Origin: Phoronis australis | Lineage: Eukaryota; Animalia; Phoronida | Assembly: GCA_002633005.1 (NCBI GenBank) | Contig: NMRA01000738.1 | Coordinates: 62,001-126,000, forward strand | Length of the DNA: 64,000 nucleotides | Direction of reading: 5' to 3' | Shown: in pieces, positions 13,925-26,609 of the stretch | Position numbering within the stretch: position 1 is the stretch's first letter | Layout of the letters: each line of letters opens with the position of its first letter | Translations under genes and position numbers: made by a program | The notes under the pieces: model-generated | Databases searched by the model: none | What the model was told of the DNA's origin: nothing | The model's input: only the letters and a program-made list of their open reading frames with translations

Positions 13925-16900
13925 GCAGATTTCATTCCTGAAATTAGGGGTTCCTGGTGCACTTGAAACAAGCACTGTATTTCTACAGTATGGCTCAATA
14001 AACTCGAGCTCTGTCCAAAAAGCGTACGTTTATAATATTTTGAGGAAGATTTAGAGAGTAAGAGGCCCAGTTTGATTGTCAGGCCCCTCCCTGAAAACCA
14101 GCATTAGGCCTGAAAATTCTCCTCCAATGTGTGCTTAAAAATTCAATTTCTTAAGGTTGGAATCACTTTTGGTCTCACAGACACTGGTATTTAGGAGGTT
14201 GTGTGAAGTGAAAATCTTTACTTTGAACACAGTGGTGCACTTTTTAGTGTTAACAATCTCCATGTGGAGAACAGAATCTGGATTAGTTTATCACAAGTGC
14301 AGAGGTGATTACATGCTATTGAAAAATAAAAGTCATTCATAATAACACTGAGTTCACTTTCTGACACCCCTACTGGGATAGTCCAGTTCCAAGAAAAAGT
14401 GCACATGCTCTGAAGTACTTAATGGAGTTGGACTTGGTGATGTTCAGCTGGGTGAAATTGGTGGCGGTGAGGGGGAGGGGGTGCTTTAATCTCTACAAGA
14501 ACATTCCCTGTTCAAATAACACAGGCAGCTTTCCCTCAGGAAAGTGAACGCCCTGAATGCAGCTTAAAGAAAGTTATTTCATGATACAATTATACTGTCA
14601 AGTATGTTGGTGATCAATCAATAATTTATATGCACTTTCAGCTTAGGTGAAAATGACTTCATCACTTTGCTGACTGTGTCAACATATTACATGTACTCTG
14701 ATCACTCCAACAGGGTTATTGCTCCCTCATCAGCCAGGCTTGTCACAAAGAAATGTGGTGCTAAAGAAAATCCCTGACATAAATAAACAAGAGAATTTGC
14801 TGTGGCCAGTTGGCCTTTGTTTTCATTTGATCAGTCTAAGTCAACATTCGTCATATTTCAATTGAACATTTTTGAATACTCCCTTCAGTGGGACATGGCA
14901 GTACAGGAATGTGTTTCTGTCAATTGCATTGTGGGTAGCCGTGTTTTCCCGTTTTTGTGTCTCAAGAAAGTTGCGAAAACACAAGTTTTGTGAAATGTCA
15001 CCATACACTAGGTTTTGTGTGGTGATTGTGTTAGTCAATGGGAGGCAGCTCTGGATTGGTGTTTTAGTCTGGGTTCCTTTTCACATGAGTGATGAAGACG
15101 GATCTTTCGAGACCTCCCCATCTTCCCCTTAACGACTACTGCACTCATTCCATGGTTAGTTGGTGCCTCACAACTATTTTTTTTTGCAACTGATATTTGC
15201 TGTCTAACCTTAGTGGTTGCACACATGTTGACCAAAGTTCATCAGCTGGTTTTTGTTTAATGCTTCATATTTTAGTATAGCAACTAATGATTGATGCTTT
15301 GACATCACAAATCATCTGTCTGTCAGACTTTCTTTCCCCTCTTCCCCATGCCACTTCAAATGCACAGTACCAATTAATTGTCTTCAACTGCTTAATTGGT
15401 TTTATCTGTCTGTGAGTCTCAGCAAAGTTAAGCAGTGTTTGTTTTCAAAACACTAGCTTCTGGGGTTAGTTGTTGTTCTGAAATTTCTTTGTCAGTGTCT
15501 TCATGGTTTGGGTTCTGGTTTTTGTGATTTGGGGAATCTCGTGGCGAGGATTGCGGTGGCTTTATTTGTGAATTTCACAATTTATTCGACACATTTTAAT
15601 CGAAGATGAACGCAGTTTATAATGATGATTAACTTCCTGCTAATTGAATGACACGCAATTAAGTTGTCGGATTAGGTGTGGAAAATTGATGACGTTACCA
15701 ATGTTGAGTGACCAAAGACTATAATTTGGAACTCGGTCAGTTTGAAGTGAAATTTTAAAATTGATTTCATTTAAAAAATCCGCCAAACTGTTAATGGCTT
15801 TGAATTCAATCGGGAGATACCATGTAGTTTAAAGTCTGGGTTTTCATCCCTTTTTGGTCATCTTGTTAATGGGAATTTTATCCGTAAATTGGAAATGTGA
15901 AAATTAAAAACATATTCAGTTGATGTTACTAATTTAAGTTTTAATGAATGGATTATGTTTAGAGTTTGATCTGGCAGGTGTATAAGGAGTTTTATCAGGT
16001 AAAATCTTATGTTTATTGTGCGCTCCCTTTAGGTTTTCTATATCTGAAATCTGAACCTTTATAGTGACTAAGGTTGTTGCAGGAAAAGTCTCTGAAGTAC
16101 CTTATAATTACCTGAATGGGAAAAACACTCAGGTCCTTTAGAATGTTTGGCAGTGTGGTTTGTCTGCATTTCCATTCTTATGTGCTGGTCCAAATCATGT
16201 CATACTAGTGGCAGACAGTTCATCTCTATAAACTTGCTTGAACTTTTAGTTTTTACCTTAATGATAGTCTTCCTAAGGACTTTTGATTAATTAGTTTTCT
16301 CTTTGTTTGTTTGTTTTCATTAAATGACGATATAATTATTGACAGGCATTTTCCTTACTTGCTGCAGATGTTATTTTGGTGATCGGCCATCTGTTGGCAT
16401 CTTTCTCTCTTTCTCTTCATTAATTGTTGCTCTGGATGACCTTGTGTTGGTCTTGACCCATTGACAGTGTTGGTTTTTGATGAGTGCACCGACCAACCAT
16501 ATGAAGAAAGTCCTAATTATGTTTTTGCAAGACTATGGTAGCTGTTGGCATTAGTAGTAATTCCCGGCGAACCTTGATAGATCTCGACTCTACTTTCAGT
16601 TGGTACCGCTAGATGTCATCTTGAGTCGGAAAGGAAAGGAATTATTCAAGAAAAGTAGAGTGTCAGGCTGTAGGTGAGTACTGAGTACTACCAAATCAAG
16701 TGTTTGTTTCGGCAAATATATTTCATTGCATTAATTATACTCCTATATCTTGGTTTGAGACCCATTTGTGCTTGCAGTACATTGCCGTATTTGTAAAGCA
16801 CAAGTAAATTGCTGAGAACTGAATCCATCTGACAATGTTCATTTCCAAATTTCAGTTTCCAGTATGTCTTCCGTAATTTCAATTTCGACCGTCAACGACC

Positions 16901-16926
16901 CATCTTCGAACCTTTTATGACCTCTC

Positions 16927-17073
16927 ACTTGGTTGATATAGTTATGTGAACTTGGTTTATATTGTCGTGTGAACTTGGTTTATATAGTCATTTGAACTTG
17001 GTTTATATAGTCATTTGAACTTGGTTTATATAGTCATTTGAACTTGGTTTATATTGTCGTGTGAACTTGGTTT
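16927..17073. repeat. 23-bp minisatellite, about 6.4 copies
   Basis: Unit acttggtttatatagtcatttga with variant acttggtttatattgtcgtgtga, directly abutting. Confidence 0.95.
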
Positions 17074-18665
17074 TCATTGCATGATTAAAGATGCAGAGCT
17101 TCATGAAATTTTTTTGCGATGTAATTAGTATCAGTTTAGTTCGAGGTCTAACTTTTCAGTTGTCTAAACCAACATTTGGGAAAGGCATCTATATGATGTC
17201 AACAATGTGATCTTTTCTATTGTTGAAGTAGGCCTACCAGTTGGATGGACCATGTAGGCCTTTGCTTCCCTATTGTTATAATAATTTCTTCTAAGGTTAA
17301 TCCAGTCAGAACTAGGCATACCCCCAAGCTATGTGTATTCTGTATAACAAGTACATGCCTGCTTTCTGACTTAGGCCTGCTGTAACTATACACCAGAATC
17401 AATTGTAATCCATTGGAGGCTGAACCTCCATTTCCTGACTGGTCCATCTACATTAACATGTTGATGAAAAGACAGTCAGGGAGTCTTGATTCTTACAGGC
17501 CTCAGGGCAGCTATGAGCTGGACTGCTGGGAGTGTGTCAGCCTGATCATGTCAGATAGCCTGGAAACAATATAGGACATTTGTGTCACCTTCTCACCTTT
17601 CTGGTTGACTGTTTGATTTTACCTTTGGAGGAAGGGAGGGATATTCACGAATCCAAAAACACATTCAGGGTTCTGATGTAGAATTATCTGCAGTAAATTG
17701 GCTTTACTCACAACTTCAAATAGGTAGCTGAAAACACTACAAACTGATGTGTGTTGTGTATAAACAAAATTATTTTAACATAACCCATAAATACTGTTTT
17801 GCGACCCACAGTTTCAAGACCTGATTTACCGTGTGACCCAAAACTAGTGTGTATTGTATTCCTTCAATATTAAGACGGCCAGGCGCAAAGGTGTTCTTTT
17901 GCCTGGGTTCGGTTGCTAGAGCCTAGAGTCACTGACTTCTTTTTGTTTATTGGAAATGCAGGTTGTTTTGACTTGAGATACATTCTTTAAATATGTCATA
18001 CTGTGACAATGACGGGTGGGAGCAACTTGTTTCCTATTGTCTTAATCTTAGAAAGTTAAGTAAAAAGTAAGTTTGTTTAGATTAATTACTGTTGATTCAC
18101 ATCAGGTCTATCTCAAAATTTGATATCTGATTAAACAAACTATGCTGTGTCTTGGATACAACAGAAATATCGTCAAATCTTTTCCGATCACCCATTTGTT
18201 AGTTTTTGGTCAAGTACTGCAAGAGAACACGCAAAGAGATCTCGTAATGGCAGTTGATTGCACATCAGTGATACTTTCATTGTTATCTATGTGCTGTTGC
18301 TTGTGTGTATAACGTAAATCCAAGATTGTTGTCAAAAGAGACAATTGTTTCGAAGTTGAAGCTTGTTCAAGAACTTTGCCGATGTTTTTCTTGGTTTTAG
18401 GCATGAAGCGGGTTTAAGCTGTCTCTAGCGGTAAAAAGTGCGTTTTTTAATTAAAATATAGTTGATAATTGTTGTCAATAGCTACAGCTGAATGATGACT
18501 TGTTTTGACAAAAACCTGGAACTTGAACTTGGCTATCAAAAACCCACTTGCTAGCTAAATACCCGACCACTTGCGATTGACGATTTATCAAACCCCCGGT
18601 GAGTTGGAATACCTTTCCTCCGCCATGTTTCTGAGAGACCCGCTGTCCAGTTTGTCTGCTGGATT

Positions 18666-18703
18666 AGGGGCATATCAGAGTGACGAGGGGCATATCAGAG
18701 TGA
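18666..18703. repeat. Short tandem duplication (20-bp period)
   Basis: aggggcatatcagagtga occurs twice, separated by cg. Confidence 0.85.
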
Positions 18704-20340
18704 TTGACATGTTTGGCAGGACTGTCTACCTAGACTTGCACCTCTCTTGGTGCTGGGGATTTAGACTTTGCCAGGGAATCGCATTAAGATAGGTCGAGTG
18801 GCTTGTAATCTGTCGAAAAATCATGTAAAATGTTAATTGATAGTGTGGATTTAATGTAACATCATTCAGTTTGGTGCCACTGTCAGGACATCATCCAGTT
18901 GCTAGACCCCTGTTTTTGGTTTTTATTCAGGTATGTGTCATAGTTTCCTGTACCTGATGACATATTGTTGTAAGTGAAATATTCACATCTGTCGTCCGAA
19001 TGTAGCATCCTGTTATGTAGGTACTTTGCTTAATGCTTGCCATTTTGTATTTTGTGCTGTTACCCAGAGTTAAAAATAAGTAAGCTTTATAGTTGAATTT
19101 TATGATAAAATCTTTGAAAATATGCTTAAGCTTAATTAACTTTGCCTATACCATGCAATTTTTTGTATTCGGCTTTGTGGGCTAAACTCCGAATCCCTGT
19201 CTGCTCATTCCCAAGTTTTCTGTATAACCTGGTATGTGACTGCCGTTTACTATTATTTAAATGTAGGGGTGTTGACTGGTTTTTCAACAAGTCATTTATT
19301 GCTAAAGTTTGTATTCAAAATTGTATATGAAAGATTAAGAGTGTGTAAACAGATGGTTTAAAGTTTTCACAATTCATCGTTGTCTTCTGTGATGATAGCA
19401 AAAACTAGAGAAGCAACTCACTAGAAGACTCTTAGTTAGGTACGCTATTACGTTTCAAGCCGACACCTTGTCGTAAATGGGAGGAAGTTGTAGTCCCTGG
19501 ACACGGTGTAAACAGAGCTCAAGAATTTTCGATTTTAGACAAAATTCTAGACAAAAATGATTTCTGTTTGTTGTTTTGCCATTTTGAAAACTCACCATGC
19601 TAGATTTCGGGAAATTCCGCTAACTTTACCAAATGTGTGGTGGCTGTTGTAAAAGACGTTGTAAAAGTATCAAACGTAAGTCGCTTACCCATTGGGGGAA
19701 CTTTGTTTACCAAAGCTTTGCTGCAACTTCGCTTACCATACTGACTAGAGAACGATATCGAATTTAGCGCTAAGATACCAGACGAAGCAGTTCTTTGGTC
19801 CTCTCAAGCAAATATTGAGTACTGGGTTTGTCAGGTTAACTGAAAATTGTTATCTAGCCATTTACGAGTGTTAAATGAAAATGATCATTGTCATTCTTCA
19901 TCAGATTGCTTTTTTTATTCATCTTTTGAAAGCACGTCGGCTACTCGTCAATAACAGAGCACCTTTTGCAAGTCCTCTACTGCGACCTCTACCGATACAT
20001 CGAATTTTCGGTGAGTACCGAAGCTTCACTTTGAAACCGTACTATTTGAGCAAAGTTTCGCTTGTAGGTGAACAACTGGAGTTAACGTTTCCCACTCATC
20101 AAAACTTCTGGTAAAAGCGAAGTTTCGTCTCTAATGGGAAAATGACGTGTCTATAAAGTTATGTTTATTGAACAACAGTTTTGGGTAAAAGTTTCCTGTT
20201 GTGCTCTACTGTATATCCTAAACTAGAAAATACCAGATTTTGTCAATACTTCTGTCAATTTTTTGTTACTCTCAGATGGCATTAATATGTCCTTGACCCC
20301 CACTGGTTGTGCATGACTGCTGTTCTAAAATTTTGTTTTG

Positions 20341-20591
20341 TGTGGCAGTCTCAACAGTTTAGGAGCCTCTATGATGGACAAGTGAAATTTTGCTTTTCTT
20401 TTCCAGAAAGAATATTTAGCTTTTGAAAAATTCGAGCTTTTCTATGTTAACGTTCTGCTCCAAAGCTACCATCAGATAATGTGTTAGGAAAACAAACATT
20501 GACATTCACAGCAATGTTCAGGAGTCCTTGAAAAAAGAAAATATTGCCATGTTGGCAACTATTTTTTGACGAAATTGGTGAATTTTCCTTG
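20341..20591. mobile_element. MITE family A copy (same subfamily as 33832)
   Basis: agtctcaacagtttaggagcctctatgatggacaagtgaaattt ... gacgaaattggtgaattttcc. Confidence 0.6.
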
Positions 20592-21989
20592 AAGTTGATG
20601 CGGAGATAATGTACATGTGTACAATTGGTTTGCACCAATGTATCTTTGAAGATAATCCCAATGCTATCTTGTCTCTAATGGTATTACATTGGTCCATTTG
20701 CCCCCTTAGATAGCGGTAAATTGTTTAATAATAATCCTTGATAACCAGTGCCTACACTTAAAGCACATCAACTGCTCAGTCCTTGATAGCATGGTTGCTT
20801 GAGATAATTTGCTTATAGATGTTATGTAATGTGCCAAAGCCCCATTAGGAGTCATTGAGAAGCAATCTTTGGCTACCAACTGGTTCAAGTGATCGAGACT
20901 GACTGTATCCTGCTCTTTTTACCATTATGTAAGACCTTATCAACATCTCCAGGTATTTAGCCAAGTATATGCAAAAAGCTCGATTTAAACTCAGTAAAGT
21001 GTATGTTTTATAAAAGTAAAATCCTGTAGAATTTGAGTTTTGATGTTTCGCATTCTATCATCAATTGGATCATGGGACCATGTCGTTTTCATGAAATTTA
21101 GCAAAAAAGCAGGGCACATCAGCGGCAAAATAATGGTAACAAGACCCTGACAGACAGTTGATGATGCTTAAGTTAATTAGGATCCTCAAAATTGCAACAA
21201 GCAAACAGTGGCTGTATATTCGTGTTGTGATGCAATCGAGATAAAATAAACGCATATATTCTACATGTGTTCATTTTGCACTTTAAAAAATGTTCATCAA
21301 ATGCAGTTAAGAAGTTGCAAATGAAACGTTTCATCTCTTGGAAATCATCCTTTATTATCCTCGTTCTCTTTATTTCCCAGCTTTCCTAGCGTGTCATTGT
21401 GCACTAAAGTATCGTGATTTCTGGACGTTTCCATGGACCCCACCAAATTTCAGTTGGTGTGTCTTCAAGAGAGTCCGCAATTATGATTGATAATGCAATA
21501 AAAAATGTCAATACTATCACAATATGATGTCACCAGCAATAATATATATTTATTTTTATTTCACGCGAATAGGTAAATAAATGCAACAGATGGCTTTTCT
21601 GCTTTGAAATTGAATTAACATATTTTCCAGAAAATTGATTTGTAGTACAGTATTAGCTGGTATTCAAATGTTATTGCAATGTACAAAATAACGCCATGTC
21701 CATACATGGATGTGGAATTTACCCAAATAGTAAATGGTTGTACTATAAAGTACTTTTACTGAAACAGTAATCATATAGTCATCATCACCCAGGTCATCCT
21801 CTCTCAGTGTTGTCATGACTCACAGGCCACTTCAATCACCAGCTATGTCTACCTCATCAAAGTCCCATTACAAACAGTGTGGGTAGAAGGCTGGTTAACC
21901 AACCCTATCATTATGTAGTCACAGCACATCCTTACCCCCATTTATTTCCGGATATCACACACAACCGCGGCCTTTGTCCCCGAGCTACA

Positions 21990-22237
21990 CTCAAACATTC
22001 CAACCCTTTCTCAGTATTTACACAGTCATTCAGCGAACTTCAGTCGTCAACCGTTATTGAGAAGTTCATAGTTTTTGTTGCGTGTTTTGTCGTGTGTTTT
22101 TGTCGTGTGTGTTTTTGTCTGGATTTGTTGTCGGGTCTACTGGTCTTCCCTGGAGTAGAGTTCACGGGTTGCCCTATCGTCTTTTATCCACTGTTTGTGC
22201 ACGGTCAATGGCGCGTAAATGCGGGTTTTGTAGTCAG
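21990..22237 (+). promoter_or_regulatory. Possible alternative promoter / non-coding first exon
   Basis: Local CpG enrichment, repeated Inr-like TCAGT/CAGTC, a GT-rich leader, then a consensus donor CAG|gtgagt at 22237. Confidence 0.35.
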
Positions 22238-22787
22238 GTGAGTCTGGGCTGGTGTCACTTAAAGCAGAAGTCAGTCAGAGAAGATGAAGCATATGCAGAA
22301 GTTGTCAAGAGATTTCAGAGCTGGATAACACACTAGTCAAGCGTGTTTCTTAAGGTTTGGGTGCTAGTGAGTGTGCTTTTCAACTGATGATGTCCTGGCT
22401 CTTGTTATCCTGATGTAGAAATCCTGCAGTCTTAGATTTTACAGTTTCTTCAGTCTAATAAGTCTTCATGTACCCTCGTTTCCCTTTAATGCCTGTAGTG
22501 GGATGTCTCAAGTGGTGTAGTGTGCAGCAGTCTGGTTTAAGAGGCATTTCAGTGCTGCTTAGCTGAAAGCACTTCGGGGTTCAAAAACATTACCACGCAC
22601 ATCGGAACTTAGATTATTGCTGAATTAGTCGTAATGGGTACTTGTGCGATTTTCGAAATGACCAGCATTGTTAAACTCAATTTTTTTTCAATCGCCGGTG
22701 CCTTTGTTGGCTACAGAAATAGGACTGTATGACATACAGAATATTACGAGACCAGTTTTATGAGAGTAAAGGCCTTATTTTTACAGT

Positions 22788-23090
22788 ACAGTAAATATTC
22801 TCCAATTTGGGAGTCGCTAGATATTTTGACTTCGAAACTCGTGCAAAAATTGCATTTTCTTCACTCTGGAATTTGAGACGAGGGTGATTTTGGCATTCAG
22901 ATCATATTTCCATATTTCTCAATTTTTTGACACTCTGTTTTCAATCTACAGAGTGGATAATTTTGCTGTGTTTTCAGTGAATCTTGAATTTGGGACGACC
23001 AATATTGCCTGTTTCTAAACTTTGGGCCAAGCTCCAACCTTGAGCAAAATAATTAATTTTTCACTCTCTCTCAAGTAAACATCAAAGGGA
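22788..23090. mobile_element. MITE related to family A (subfamily shared with 36897)
   Basis: Starts tacagtaaatattctccaatttgggag. Internal ttgggccaagctccaaccttgagcaaaataattaattt recurs near 37002. Confidence 0.6.
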
Positions 23091-24272
23091 CATCCACTGG
23101 AATTGCAAACATGGTAGTTACCTTCCTCATCTTTGATAGGGACTTGCCATATTGTCGCTCTCTAGAGTAATGAGAAAGAGAATGCGACTTCCACTTGATC
23201 ACGACACAGATTGGGTGGACAGAAATTCACTGCTATTTCGAAAGTCAGCTTTTCAAATCTAGCACATCTCTCCAAATGAATTCCTTCCTCTGTTTACTTA
23301 TCAAAAGTTGTCTGGAATTTTGTCCATATTTTCAATTGGTCTTGTATGATCCTGTATGCTATCTTTAATGTCTGCTGCTGCAGGTCAAAAAGACCCCTTG
23401 TGTGTTTGGTTTGTTTGATATGTGGTTGTGTCAGAATGTACAAATTGATACCACAGCCTCCCTTCAGAGACACCCCCCTGACAAATCCTGATGGATGTAC
23501 TTTTGTGGTGACACCTGTTGGACTTTTATGACACAGTCAGAATTTTGTGGTGACAAGTGTTTATTATGTTAACATTCAGTTTGTTGATTTTCACTTTTTG
23601 GCTCTGGTTTTAACAACAGTCTCAGGTCTTCTTAACATGAGGAAGCTCTTACTTCTTGACATCCTGCTGATTTCATGTCATTTCTGTCTCAGTTTTCTCT
23701 AAATATTTACAGGCACAGCAAGATTGGCTAAAATTTGCCAGGGACATAGCAACTAACATGTCTACTACTTGAGTAAAGACTTGTTCATTAGTAGGAACTT
23801 AGTTGCTATCATAAATTCCTGAAAATCTAGAAAAAGTGGATGATTGATGTCAATAGTTCTGGAAATGTTTTTTCAACTGCTGTTAATTACTTCTTGTGTG
23901 ATGGAGGTCAGAGGTCAATCTAGTGATGAATCAGTGTTCTCCACTTTGGACAGTTGAAACTTTCTTGAACATTTTCCTTAGTCTGTACCTATACTTTGAG
24001 GAGTTTGTACAGCAAATCTTGGAATACTTGCATTCAACTGGTACCAAATGTCCAAAATGTTCTAAGTTAGTTAAGCAAAAACTATTTTTCCTAAAGTTCA
24101 AATTCATAGATTTTTAAACTTGTCAAGATGTAATTCACACTCATGGCTTGTCAAAGCAGGTTGTGACGACTATGTATCCATCTCAAAACATAGTAGAGGC
24201 CCAAACCAATACTGCCACAGGTGAGGATGGATGCTTGGACCTGCCATGTATCTCATCTGTGACTCCATTCCG

Positions 24273-24565
24273 TGTCCCTGATTTGTCCCTGGTGTGTCTC
24301 CATTCTGTGTCTCCCTGATGTGCCTCCCTGATGTGTCTCCTTTTTGCGTCTCCCTGATGTTGCTCTTTTCTGTGTCTCCGTGATGTGTTTCCCTGATGTG
24401 TCTCCCAGATGTGTCTCCCAGACGTGTCTCCATTCTGTGTCTCCCTCATGTGTCTCCCTCATGTGTCTCCCTGATGCGTCTCCCTGATGTGTCTCCATTC
24501 TGTGTCTCCCTGATGTGTCTAATCATTCTGTGTCTCCCTGGTGTTTCTTCCTGATGTGTCTCCCA
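24273..24565. repeat. Degenerate 13-bp minisatellite
   Basis: Unit tgtgtctccctga / tgtgtctccattc, roughly 22 copies. Explains the three overlapping minus-strand ORFs. Confidence 0.92.
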
Positions 24566-24708
24566 ACTGGTTAGGTTGAAGCTCTTCTAGAACTGACCAC
24601 TCTCTGACTTACTCCCTCAACCAGATGATCTAGTTACCATTGAGTGACCTGATTCCTACAACATGCTAAAAAGTAGCTGATGGTGGTTTGATCTTCAGTG
24701 GTTTGTGG

Positions 24709-24743
<35 letters not shown>
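24709..24743. repeat. (TA)n microsatellite
   Basis: Pure TA run of about 35 bp. Confidence 0.97.
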
Positions 24744-24748
<5 letters not shown>

Positions 24749-26121
24749 GTGGAGAGTTCCCATCCTCAGGGGTATGTTTTCTCAAGGTCCAATTGAAATT
24801 CCACCAATGCCCAGAGGGGCAGACAAAGGATTATGAGTTTAGCAGGTGAAGAGTACTTGGTGCCTGAAGAAATAGCTGGACTTCTCAGATCCAAGTGGTT
24901 TCAGGTGACGTTTGCCATAAGAGGTTGTGCTATGTTCAGTTGTTTTATGATGTAAAACAGTAACACTTGAATCATGCCGTTGGATGAACTTGCTGGGTTT
25001 TGTATCAACAGTCAAAATTCTGGGAAAAATTATTCAAAACGATAGAAACTACCATTCCTAGATTGCTGAGACAAGTGCTAAAGAGTTGTTTGTCTTTATG
25101 CCGGCAAATTAACATCTAACTTGTTTGGTGCAGTTGAACTGGTTCTACAGTTAAATGTTTTTCAACTGTTTATGAGGAGGCATTCACCTGTTCTATTTCC
25201 CAAGAAACAACTCCTGCATACTATTTATTGGCTTCTTAAGTGATTTCCGATCTAACCGGCTCTTTTTATGGCTTGTGTACTTTAACAATGACTGGCAGAC
25301 TACCACTGATTGCTATATGTTATGTTTGAGACAGACTGTCTCTCTTCTTGTGTTATTGATGTATGTAGTTTTGTTTTAATTTGTTAATGGGCTATTAATG
25401 AATGTGCTGGTAGAGTGCTAGGTGCTTTCAAATGTGTTTTTGATAATTAATCCATAGAGTTTCTGTCAGAATTGAGGCTCACAGTTTGACAACTTTCTTC
25501 ACCAATGTATTAGCTCTTGCAAAGCAATGACATGTGCTTATCCTATGTTTGAATTGAAATTAGTTGCGAGGGTTTGTCCAAGTGTTAAAGGCATAGGCCC
25601 AAGGTTGAACAATTATGATTGATAAGTTACAAACATGATACGGTAGACAAACCTTCTCACATCAGGGTACTGGTCTGTGCATTCCATTTATTAACAGAGG
25701 ACCCAGTAGATTGTAGCACATGACACCATGAACAGACATCACCTTGGACTAAGTCTTGTGAGGTGCTTGTGTGAACAAGCTCAAACGTGTCTGTGTTGGC
25801 TGTGTCAAGATGATGACACTTCAATACCAACATCCTTTTTGAGTTAGGTTTAAGACACTGTATAAGCCAAAGTGAAGGATATTCATCAACACAGTAGCTA
25901 TGGGTCTGATAGTGTGCTGAGTTTGTGCAATGCGCTTTTGATCCTATTTCAGATTCGATGAACTATCCGTAATATCCGGCTCTGTGCCTTCAAGCTTTTT
26001 CAAACATGCTTTGTTTTTGTTATTTGTTGGAGAAAAAGCAATTTTGGCAATTATTTTTGTGCAAAATACCGGAGTATTGCCGTATCACAGCTATACGGGG
26101 ATGTGTAATTATTACCTTTTT

Positions 26122-26316
26122 AATTGATGTGTAGTAACATTGGATCTATGTACGGTAGACGACTGAACAATTGGTGTGTAGTAACATTGGATCTATGTAC
26201 GGTAGACGACTGAACAATTGATGTGTAGTAACATTGGATCTATGTACGGTAGACGACTGAACAATTGGTGTGTAGTAACATTGGATCTATGTACGGTAGA
26301 CGACTGAACAATTGAT
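26122..26316. repeat. 47-bp tandem repeat, 4 copies plus a fragment
   Basis: Unit aattg(a/g)tgtgtagtaacattggatctatgtacggtagacgactgaac. Copies are identical except at one position. Confidence 0.97.
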
Positions 26317-26382
26317 CTTGTAAGTTTTACAGACTCATAAAGTTAAAGAAAATTGGGCTGCCGCATGCTTGATTTGCTTAAG

Positions 26383-26609
26383 ATAAGATGTTACCAAATT
26401 TAGTTAAAAGTAAGTTTGATAGTTATTTCTTTTTCGCTTTATAATTTGCGTCTAACATTGTTGTGAAATCCAAAACATTGTCTGGTGGTTGCTATGGAAG
26501 TTCAGAACCTGAGCCTGGAAAGGTGCTAGAAATCTTTCTGGAAAAAGAAGGAAATTAAAATTTCACGTGTCCGCCATAATGTATCCTAAATTAGCGAGAT
26601 TTTCCCATA
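26383..26609. mobile_element. MITE family A copy (reverse orientation)
   Basis: Ends aaatttcacgtgtccgccataatgtatcctaaattagcgagattttcccata, the reverse complement of the family's long arm. Confidence 0.6.

Noticed and set aside
16600-16673. 74-nt segment between actttcag and TAG|gtgagt as a coding exon
   Set aside because: Peptide unrelated to DDR, not frame-preserving, and bracketed by an inverted repeat (actctactt / aagtagagt) suggesting a TE fragment.
21879-22241. 120-aa hydrophobic ORF as DDR signal or TM exon
   Set aside because: Starts at GTG, the hydrophobicity comes from GT-rich low complexity, and its donor phase (2) does not fit exon A.
24170-24498. Three overlapping repetitive minus-strand ORFs (GDTSGRHIRETH)
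   Set aside because: By-product of a 13-bp minisatellite that lacks stops in all frames.
26122-26316. 47-bp repeats as a CRISPR array
   Set aside because: Units abut with no unique spacers, the context is eukaryotic and there are no cas genes.
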